Of a stretch of 64,000 bases of DNA, positions 20,801 through 27,827 are shown piece by piece (within the stretch, counting starts at the first letter, position 1; each line of letters opens with the position of its first letter). A model generated the notes under the pieces. It saw nothing but the letters and a program-made list of their open reading frames with translations. It had not been told where the DNA came from and made no database searches. This DNA is from Treponemataceae bacterium (GTDB taxonomy: Bacteria > Spirochaetota > Spirochaetia > Treponematales > Rectinemataceae). Both the position numbers and the translations under genes were made by a program. Location of the stretch: contig CAXXVZ010000003.1 in the NCBI GenBank assembly GCA_963678065.2, positions 448,001 through 512,000 of the forward strand. Reading direction: 5' to 3'.

Positions 20801-21533
20801 CTCCGGCGCATGGCCACGATTCTCTTCGACCCTCGTCTACAACATCCAGGGCGAAACACCCGATTCCTTCACGACAAGTCTTTCATGGAAGGCCTTCACC
20901 TCATCTCTCGTGTACAAATACTCGAGCGGGTACATCATTTCATCCGCGCACACCTGGGTTTCCGACGGGACCCAGAGCTTCCGGGCAGAATCCTTCACTG
21001 CGGGCCTCAATCCCTCATTCTCGTCGAAGCAAGGAGCAAAGAATCCCTGGTCAGTCTCCCTCAACGCGGGACTCACGCAAAACCTGGTTCGTTTTTCCGA
21101 ATCCAAGCTGCAGGTCGGCCTCAGCTCCAAAATCAGTCTTGGAAAGAACTTTTCACTCTCATTCTCGGGTACCTCGCAGAACACTGCCGCCTGGAGGTAC
21201 TACACCTTCCTGTTCCAGCCTTCCGGAGGTTTCGATCCGGCGGATTATAGCCGGAATATCTTTTCCGACGTCATCGACTCATTGACCGTATGGGATTCTA
21301 CCGCCCTGAAACGCAGCCTCATGAAGCTTTCCACCCTTTCTGTGTCGATGCAGCAGAATCTCCACGACTGGGATCTCGGAGCGACTGTGAGCGCTGCGCC
21401 GCTCCTTGTCGAGCCTACCGGCGCAAAACCATACTACACTCTCGAGATCTCTCTCTCGATCCTCGTCAAATGGCATGACATTCCGGGAATTTCCACGACG
21501 ATCACCAAAGATTCGAGCGGCTTGAGCTACTGA
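17859..21533 (+). CDS. lptD: Spirochaete-type LptD/OstA outer-membrane assembly protein
   Basis: Signal peptide; beta-jellyroll region with TSCDDEEPHY and PVLWLPFFYYP...FHPVIGSRTREG; C-terminal beta-barrel with LHDWDL. Confidence 0.8.
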   Translation: MRRPQFLALIFAAATILRTGAQLSGNSPPDTQSVPGASTDAGTGADTAVSETAASQGAAAWAALSSLEKKALPLEIAVASYYDLVAMTKKLGLPQTGTAGQLRERLYAWYGIQAPVKEGGNPVVVIEKADKASLFRIEGMDGPLVKISGGVRLSVQESDGTTHRISARSITYDRDRNAISASGGVRYERESGSSVEVFTGSTVVADLDDWTGVFVDGSFSMPGSASRSSTGSSATTSSTTASSTVQSLLGTFGSSSSGLTVAADRIIKRTGDVILVQNAEMTSCDDEEPHYVIRAGKAWLLGAGDWAVADASLFIGGLPVLWLPFFYYPSEEIVFHPVIGSRTREGRYIQTTTWLIGEKSVSSSAGSFLSIGLDQSKTSRSVEGVFFRTRSADVERGAGSASTSVPSTTAKAGTGQTASKAGKTFLKLLLDAYSNLGIYSGLEGSFPDRTGKNSLSFTAGLGLSRSLFYTSNGMYSPFSAASDWQSVWNTTDLGFATLPFRFGAELKSTFFLPIGKTGLTGTVSLPAFSDPYFEQDFRGRAEDMEWLKLFSSTTTDSARPSKRSSLVQKIELTGALLSQSPGTGLLSGIDLSKLGMSATWYTKTASYSPALTGTAASLEAVNPQRSFFYPDTLRFFDFSTTLKGNLITFPATAGRSGSADTGSSSDFRTPSQGDGNAASSGQPKDTENRTSAGPEASTENPTAKSPDAETKTTTESSGSASSLDFRVPGLAGTTKTSISASSSGKPFSFSADWNFTPTAFFEDRFLSDSWGNVSDIDYSLYYSLLSLSMTGGVDAKAGLFDDLATVTAGIGVLGQYRLRPYFNDTRSDTSTINSLILSDYQYQLMKITSNFKTSLMPLKDNWLWGLSSIAYSISSNLYAYTYSGMSDSGLTGTALYDSTFASWDRDSITAHNASVTFAIRPAGLTQQLSLTANLPPLDETYTLKLDLDAGLAKFNLQGQATKVQPATVYSLNPLTAGITLGSGAWPRFSSTLVYNIQGETPDSFTTSLSWKAFTSSLVYKYSSGYIISSAHTWVSDGTQSFRAESFTAGLNPSFSSKQGAKNPWSVSLNAGLTQNLVRFSESKLQVGLSSKISLGKNFSLSFSGTSQNTAAWRYYTFLFQPSGGFDPADYSRNIFSDVIDSLTVWDSTALKRSLMKLSTLSVSMQQNLHDWDLGATVSAAPLLVEPTGAKPYYTLEISLSILVKWHDIPGISTTITKDSSGLSY

Positions 21534-21656
21534 GTGATGGTCGTTTTGAGGAAATCCTTCCGGGTTCCCCAGCCGCGAGTCGCGGGGGTTGATTCGCAGG
21601 CGGGGTATGTTGATTTATTTCCCCGCCGGCCGGTACTATTCCCCCGAGGAGAACAT

Positions 21657-22613
21657 TTGGACAACACGACAGGCATTGTCCTCGAAAACACGAGCCTCGT
21701 GGCAGACATCTGTGGCGCCAATGACTACAACCTCCGCATCATGGAACACCTTCTGGGTGGGCGCATACTCTGTAGGGGCAACGAGTTGTTCTGCGAGAGC
21801 GCGGACCCCGGGATCCGGACACTTTTCACTTCTCTCGTGAACTCGCTACTGCAATCCATCGAGGACGGACTTCCCGCGACACCTGACCTCATCATCGCTC
21901 TCCACGCCGACTTGACGCCGGATGGTTCCGAAAAGCGGAGCACCGATGAATTCCTCGATCTCTGCATCCAGATCCCTGGCGGTTTTTCCAAGGTGTTTCC
22001 AAGGAGCAAGACCCAATCCCTCTATCTCAAGGGGCTCTCGACCCACGATCTCACATTTGCCGTGGGCCCCGCGGGCACAGGCAAGACATACCTCGCCGTC
22101 GCATGGGCCCTTCGGGAGCTCCTTGCAAAGACCAAGCGGAAACTCATACTCACTCGCCCTGTCGTGGAGGCGGGCGAGAGTCTCGGTTTTCTGCCCGGAG
22201 ACCTCGTCCAGAAGATAAGTCCCTATCTGCGCCCACTCTACGACTCGATGGAAGCTCTCATTCCCTTCGAGACAATGAGGCGCCTCGAGGAGACCAGGAC
22301 CATAGAAATCGCTCCCCTCGCATATATGAGGGGGCGAAACCTCTCAAACTGTGTCGTCATCCTCGACGAAGCGCAGAACACGACGAAAGAGCAGATGAAG
22401 ATGTTCCTGACCCGCCTCGGAGAAAATTCGAGGGCCGTTGTCACGGGGGATACCACGCAAGTGGATCTTCCGAGAAAGGGGGAATCGGGTCTTGCCCATG
22501 CGGTGGAAGTCCTCCGCGATGTCGACGGAGTCTTTGTCTGCACTCTTGACGCCAGGGACGTTGTGCGCAGCCCCCTGGTCCGCCGTATAATAGAAGCCTA
22601 TGAGTCCATCTGA
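21657..22613 (+). CDS. phoH: PhoH-family ATPase
   Basis: GPAGTGKT, TRPVVEAGESLGFLPGD, APLAYMRGR, LDEAQN, GDTTQVDLP; TTG start behind GGAG; promoter-like TTGATT-18-TACTAT at 21610-21639. Confidence 0.95.
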   Translation: MDNTTGIVLENTSLVADICGANDYNLRIMEHLLGGRILCRGNELFCESADPGIRTLFTSLVNSLLQSIEDGLPATPDLIIALHADLTPDGSEKRSTDEFLDLCIQIPGGFSKVFPRSKTQSLYLKGLSTHDLTFAVGPAGTGKTYLAVAWALRELLAKTKRKLILTRPVVEAGESLGFLPGDLVQKISPYLRPLYDSMEALIPFETMRRLEETRTIEIAPLAYMRGRNLSNCVVILDEAQNTTKEQMKMFLTRLGENSRAVVTGDTTQVDLPRKGESGLAHAVEVLRDVDGVFVCTLDARDVVRSPLVRRIIEAYESI

Positions 22614-24822
22614 CAAACGTGCCGCGCGGGACACCGGCCTTCGACGGTGGCCCGCGTTCGGCGTTGCGCCTGGAGGACCTGTCTTTCTCATCATCGGCAT
22701 CGCAGCCTTCCTGATTTCCGTCCTCCTTGTCATGTTTCTCGGCCAGAGAGCCTTCACGAGCCGCAAGGCCAGCTTCGGGATCGAGGCGGGCAAACTTGCC
22801 GACCACGATGTCGTGGGAGAGCGCGATCTTGTCCTCGTGGACCGGAAAGCGACCGAACTCCGCATGGAAGCCGAAGAGCGTCTCGTGCTGCCCGTATTCG
22901 CGATGGACCCGAGCAAGACAGAATCGGCTACCACGCGTCTCAGGGAGTTTTCCGACCTCGCGAACGATCTTTCGGGCAGGGGATTGCCCTCAGACACCCT
23001 CTTCCTCACTGTCCAGAAGGAATTTCCTGGCGTCCTGGCGAAGAGTCAGGTGCTCGACCTGTTTCGCTCCCAGGCCATTCCGCAGATACTGATCAACGCC
23101 GAAGCAGTCCTCCGGAAGGTCATGGACCGCGGCATCGCCACCATCCCGGGACAGGGCCTGGAGAAGCTCAATCCGGATTACATCGAGCTTCGCAGACTTA
23201 TTGACGGTCGGACAGTCACCGAAGAGCTGCCTATGTCCCGTCTCGTCACAAAAAAAGGCCTCAACTCGGTCATCGACGACGAGATGTCCAGCCGTTACGT
23301 ATCACGGGTTCTTTCAGGACTTGTGGGCGACCTCGTCATGGCATTTGCCCTCGAGAACGTCTTTTTCGACGCGGATCAATCGGATCGGGCAAAAGAAAAG
23401 GCGAGGAAGGACGTCGAGCCGGTGCAGATCCGCATAAGCAAGGGAGAACGAATCATCAGGAAGGGCAGTCTGGTGAGCGATTCCGACTACGCTAAGCTGC
23501 AGGCCATCCGCACCGCGGTGATCCGTCAGGACTGGAACCTCGTCGCGAGCCAGATAGGTCTCATGCTCGTCTGCGTCGCGCTGGCATTCTTCTTTTTCGC
23601 TCCGGGGGGAATGGCCGGCGCCAGGACAGGACGACCGGAGGTCCGTCTCCTCGCCTCTGTTTCATACCTGTATTTTCTGATATCTCTCGTGCTCGCCCGG
23701 TTTTTTTCGTTCAACCCGGTCATGGCGCTCAGTCAGTACCTTCCGACCTCCCTGCTCTCCATGATGATAGCCGTCCTCGCCGGCCCCAGAGCGGCCGTGC
23801 TCTACAGCATCGTGCTTGCCCTGCTCGCTGGGGCTGGTGCGGGGATAAACGGACAGCTCTTCCTCATGGTCTGCCTCTCAGGCATCGCCGGCGCCTACGT
23901 AGTGCGGGCCGCGAGTTCCCGCATCGATCTTGTCCGCGCGGCGCTTTTCCAAGCGGCGATTCAAGGAGCGCTCAGCATCCTCCTCGCCTCAGGCATGGGC
24001 ATCCTTCCCCGCGATTTCGCGGTCACCGGCTTCATTCACGCGGGCAACGGATTCCTCTGCGGCGTTCTGGTCCTCACGCTGCTTCCCGTCCTTGAACAGT
24101 CTCTCAATTCGCCCACCAGGTTCCGCCTGCTCGAGCTGTCAGACCTCAACACCCCGACCATGAAACGCATGCAGTCCGTCGCGCCCGGCACATACAGCCA
24201 CTCCATCACCGTCGCCCACCTCGCCGAAACCGCCTGCAGGGCTATAGGGGCCGACCCCCTCCTCGCACGGGTGGGCGCTTATTACCACGACATCGGCAAG
24301 ATGGAGCAGCCGGAATACTTCATCGAAAATCAGTCGGGGTACAACAAGCATGAAGAGATCAATCCACGGCTTTCCGCCACCGTCATCCGCAGCCACGTCA
24401 AGATTGGCGCCGAAAAGGCGAGGGGGCTCGGCCTTCCTCAGCCCATCGTGGACATAATCGCCCAGCATCACGGCAATGGCATCATCACATGGTTCTTCGA
24501 TCAGGCTCTGAAGACCGATCCTGACGCGAAACCGGAAGATTTTTCCTATCCCGGCGATCCTCCCGAGAGCAAGGAGGCAGGTGTCGTCATGCTCGCCGAC
24601 GCCGTCGAGGCTGCGTCGAGGACCCTGAAAAAACCGACAGTCTCCCGCCTGGAACAGTTCATCCGCGAAATAATCGACGGCAAGATCGCCGCAGGCCAGC
24701 TGGACAGCTGCGCCCTCACCTTCCGGGACCTTGATCTCGTCCGGGCGAGTTTTATCAAGATACTGGCGGGCTATTTCCATTCCCGAATTGAATATCCTAA
24801 AAACAGGGAGTCACTCCGATGA
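22600..24822 (+). CDS. pgpH: 7TM-HD family phosphohydrolase (PgpH-like c-di-AMP phosphodiesterase)
   Basis: N-terminal TM, large extracytoplasmic domain, multi-TM region, HD domain APGTYSHS, YYHDIGK, QHHG, MLADAVEAASR. Confidence 0.88.
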   Translation: MSPSDKRAARDTGLRRWPAFGVAPGGPVFLIIGIAAFLISVLLVMFLGQRAFTSRKASFGIEAGKLADHDVVGERDLVLVDRKATELRMEAEERLVLPVFAMDPSKTESATTRLREFSDLANDLSGRGLPSDTLFLTVQKEFPGVLAKSQVLDLFRSQAIPQILINAEAVLRKVMDRGIATIPGQGLEKLNPDYIELRRLIDGRTVTEELPMSRLVTKKGLNSVIDDEMSSRYVSRVLSGLVGDLVMAFALENVFFDADQSDRAKEKARKDVEPVQIRISKGERIIRKGSLVSDSDYAKLQAIRTAVIRQDWNLVASQIGLMLVCVALAFFFFAPGGMAGARTGRPEVRLLASVSYLYFLISLVLARFFSFNPVMALSQYLPTSLLSMMIAVLAGPRAAVLYSIVLALLAGAGAGINGQLFLMVCLSGIAGAYVVRAASSRIDLVRAALFQAAIQGALSILLASGMGILPRDFAVTGFIHAGNGFLCGVLVLTLLPVLEQSLNSPTRFRLLELSDLNTPTMKRMQSVAPGTYSHSITVAHLAETACRAIGADPLLARVGAYYHDIGKMEQPEYFIENQSGYNKHEEINPRLSATVIRSHVKIGAEKARGLGLPQPIVDIIAQHHGNGIITWFFDQALKTDPDAKPEDFSYPGDPPESKEAGVVMLADAVEAASRTLKKPTVSRLEQFIREIIDGKIAAGQLDSCALTFRDLDLVRASFIKILAGYFHSRIEYPKNRESLR

Positions 24823-25274
24823 ACAATGTCGATCTCGGTTTCCGGGACATCGCCGAACCGGCATGGATGGACGCGGTGGAATCCTTCGCGCAGAAAGTCC
24901 TTTCCCGTCTCGGAAAGGACAACTGGGATCTGTCCGTCCTGTTCTGCGGCGATGGATTCATCAGGGAGCTCAACAGGGATTACCGAAACAAGGATGAAGC
25001 CACTGATGTCCTCTCCTTCGCTCAGGGCGACGAGTATGTCGACGGGGATGGCGCGAGGCGGTTCCTCGCCGGGGATATCGTCATCTCCCTCGATACGCTT
25101 GCCAGGAACTCTGAATATTTCGGCGTCGACGTGGACGAAGAGCTCAGACGACTCATCGTCCATGGAATCCTGCACCTTTCCGGCCTCGATCACGAAGACA
25201 ACGACCCCGCCCGCCCGATGCTACTCATGCAGGAAGAGATGATGGCCACGCTCTCCCCGACACGGATATCATGA
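24819..25274 (+). CDS. ybeY: rRNA maturation RNase YbeY
   Basis: LNRDYRNKDEATDVLSF, GDIVIS, HGILHLSGLDH. Confidence 0.97.
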   Translation: MNNVDLGFRDIAEPAWMDAVESFAQKVLSRLGKDNWDLSVLFCGDGFIRELNRDYRNKDEATDVLSFAQGDEYVDGDGARRFLAGDIVISLDTLARNSEYFGVDVDEELRRLIVHGILHLSGLDHEDNDPARPMLLMQEEMMATLSPTRIS

Positions 25275-26059
25275 GCCCGCTCTTTGACGCATTCCTTCAC
25301 GGCCGACAGCGCCCCGGTCTGGAGGAAAAACCCGACGGCATCGCCGCTGAACGGCAGGAGATGATAGAAGGCATCGAGGAGCTTTCCGTCACGACGGTCA
25401 AAGAAGTGATGGTCCCCCGCACCGACACGGTCTTCATACCGCTTTCCGCTACGCATGTGGAAATACTGGAAACCGTTGTATCGTCGGGGCATTCGCGCAT
25501 TCCCGTATACGGTGAAACGATCGACGACATTGTCGGTATTCTCTACGCCAAGGACATACTGAGAGTCCTGAAGGCAGGAAAGTCGATCGACCTTGCGGGC
25601 CTCGTCCGCAAACCCTTCTTCGTGCCTGAATCCAAGCGGATAGACTCTCTTCTCCGCGAGTTCAAGCGCAGACACGTGCACATCGCCATCGTCGTAGACG
25701 AGTACGGGGGCGTTTCCGGCATCGTCAGTCTCGAAGACATCATCGAAGAGATTGTCGGAGAGATCCAGGATGAATTCGACGACGAAGGGGAGGAGATACT
25801 CCGTTCTCCTGATGGGGGATGGCTCTGTGAAGCCCGGATCGATCTCGACGATCTCAACAAGCGCTTGGGACTGTCTTTGCCCGAGGACGACTTCGATACT
25901 CTCGGAGGCTATGTCTTCGACCTCTTCGGGCGGATACCGGAACCAGGCGAGAGCGTGGAAGCATCCGGGCTCTGTTTTGTCGTTCAGGCCACGGAAGGAC
26001 ATCGCATCACCCGTGTCCTGATACGCAAATCTCCCGTCCCGGATGCGGAGAATTCGTGA
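25271..26059 (+). CDS. corC: CBS-pair/CorC-HlyC domain protein (CorC/YbeX/TlyC family)
   Basis: VKEVMVPRTD, GHSRIPVY, VVDEYGGVSGIVSLEDIIEEIVGEIQDEFD, TLGGY; no TM domain. Confidence 0.9.
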   Translation: MSPLFDAFLHGRQRPGLEEKPDGIAAERQEMIEGIEELSVTTVKEVMVPRTDTVFIPLSATHVEILETVVSSGHSRIPVYGETIDDIVGILYAKDILRVLKAGKSIDLAGLVRKPFFVPESKRIDSLLREFKRRHVHIAIVVDEYGGVSGIVSLEDIIEEIVGEIQDEFDDEGEEILRSPDGGWLCEARIDLDDLNKRLGLSLPEDDFDTLGGYVFDLFGRIPEPGESVEASGLCFVVQATEGHRITRVLIRKSPVPDAENS

Positions 26060-26162
26060 TAGAAGGAGTTGAACTTGTGTGGACGCAGGGCGATAATATA
26101 GGTAATCATGGTGTGACTATTTTGTATAGTAAAATGTTGTTTTAATGATTGGCAAGTTTTCC

Positions 26163-26191
26163 TTGCCCAATTCGATATTTTGGTATACAAT
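26163..26191 (+). promoter_or_regulatory. Putative gdhA promoter
   Basis: TTGCCC-17 nt-TACAAT within an AT-rich intergenic region. Confidence 0.65.
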
Positions 26192-26287
26192 GCTCGAAAG
26201 GAGGGGATGCCCAGAGGGAAACCTCGGACAAAATATCCCTTCTGAAAATCAATCATTTTTCGATCAGGCCTTATAAAGGAGGGCTGG

Positions 26288-27634
26288 ATGAATTCTTACA
26301 TAAAACAAGTTCTCGATGACCTCAAAGCCAGGTACCCTTGGGAAACCGAATTTTTGCAGGCGGCCGAAGAGGTGCTCGAGTCCATTTCTCCGATAATCGA
26401 CGCGGAACCCAAATACAAAGCCCACCGCATCCTCGAGCGCATCACCGAGCCGGAACGCACGGTCATGTTCCGTGTGCCCTGGATAGACGACAAGGGCGAG
26501 TACCGGATCAATCGCGGATACCGCGTCCAGTTCAACTCTGCCATCGGGCCCTACAAGGGTGGCCTGCGCTTCCATCCCAAAGTCCAGCTCTCCACTCTCA
26601 AATTCCTCGGCTTCGAGCAGATTTTCAAGAACAGCCTCACGAGCCTTCCGATGGGCGGCGGCAAGGGCGGTTCCGATTTCGACCCGAACGGGAAAAGCGA
26701 CAATGAGATCATGCGCTTCTGCCAGAGCTTCATGACCGAGCTCTTCCGCCACATCGGCCCTGACACCGATGTTCCCGCCGGCGATATCGGCGTCGGCGGA
26801 CGCGAAGTGGGATACCTCTTCGGCCAGTACAAGCGTCTCGCGAACGAGTTCACCGGAGTTCTCACCGGCAAGGGACTCAGCTTCGGCGGTTCTCTTGTCA
26901 GGCCCGAGGCGACCGGTTTCGGCGCGACCTACTTTGCTGCGGAAATGCTCAAGCTCGGAAATGATTCTTTCGCGGGCAAGACTGTCTCCGTTTCCGGTTT
27001 CGGCAACGTGGCATGGGGCGTCTGCATCAAGGCCAGCCAGCTCGGCGCCAAGGTCGTGACCATCTCCGGCCCCGACGGTTATGTCTTCGATCCCGACGGC
27101 ATCGGCACCAAGGAGAAGTGGGATTACCTGGAAGACATGCTCGTCATCGACCGCAATAAGGTCGAGAGCTATGTCAAGAAATTCCCTGCGGCCACCTTCT
27201 ACGCCGGCCGCAAACCCTGGGAACAGAAAGTCGACATTGCGATGCCCTGCGCTATCCAGAACGAGCTCAACGGAGAAGACGCGAGGGCTCTCATAGCCAA
27301 CGGCGTCAAGATCGTCGTCGAAGTTTCCAACATGGGCTGCACTCCTGAGGCCTGGAAGCTCTTCATCGAGAAGAAGATCCCCTTCGCTCCCGGCAAGGCG
27401 GCAAACGCCGGCGGCGTCGCCACCTCCGGCCTCGAGATGTGTCAGAATTCCATGCGCCTCGCCTGGAGTGCCGAAGAAGTGGACCAGCGCCTGCATCAGA
27501 TCATGGTCAACATCCACACCGCCTGCGTCGAGACTGCCAAGAAGTACGGATTCAGCGGCAACTACGTGATCGGCGCGAACATCGCCGGCTTCAAGAAAGT
27601 CGCCGACGCGATGATCGCCCAAGGATTGGTTTGA
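26288..27634 (+). CDS. gdhA: NAD(P)-specific glutamate dehydrogenase
   Basis: GPYKGGLRFHP, PMGGGKGGSDFDP, DVPAGDIGVG, RPEATGFG, SGFGNVA, KAANAGGVATS; AAGGAGG RBS. Confidence 0.98.
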   Translation: MNSYIKQVLDDLKARYPWETEFLQAAEEVLESISPIIDAEPKYKAHRILERITEPERTVMFRVPWIDDKGEYRINRGYRVQFNSAIGPYKGGLRFHPKVQLSTLKFLGFEQIFKNSLTSLPMGGGKGGSDFDPNGKSDNEIMRFCQSFMTELFRHIGPDTDVPAGDIGVGGREVGYLFGQYKRLANEFTGVLTGKGLSFGGSLVRPEATGFGATYFAAEMLKLGNDSFAGKTVSVSGFGNVAWGVCIKASQLGAKVVTISGPDGYVFDPDGIGTKEKWDYLEDMLVIDRNKVESYVKKFPAATFYAGRKPWEQKVDIAMPCAIQNELNGEDARALIANGVKIVVEVSNMGCTPEAWKLFIEKKIPFAPGKAANAGGVATSGLEMCQNSMRLAWSAEEVDQRLHQIMVNIHTACVETAKKYGFSGNYVIGANIAGFKKVADAMIAQGLV

Positions 27635-27677
27635 TCGTCGCGTCGAGATGCGATGATCGCCTAGGGTTGGTTTGACC
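27604..27677. repeat. Direct-inverted-direct repeat of the gdhA 3' end
   Basis: gacgcgatgatcgcccaaggattggtttga (27605-27634) recurs as gatgcgatgatcgcctagggttggtttga (27647-27675); intervening gatcgtcgcgtc is an inverted copy of the first 12 nt. Confidence 0.85.
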
Positions 27678-27735
27678 ACCAGGTAATAAGGGCTCTCGCC
27701 TGGCAGAATGCTGGCGGGTCCTGAAGCGAAAAGAG

Positions 27736-27770
27736 GAGGGACGGTCCATGTGGGGCCGTCCCTCTTTTGT
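27736..27770 (+). terminator. Intrinsic terminator after gdhA
   Basis: 12-bp stem GAGGGACGGTCC/GGGCCGTCCCTC followed by TTTTGT. Confidence 0.75.
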
Positions 27771-27827
27771 ACCTTGCGTTCGAGGGTGCGCTTGTATATC
27801 GTGACGCCAGTCGCAGGGGGGAAGGCC

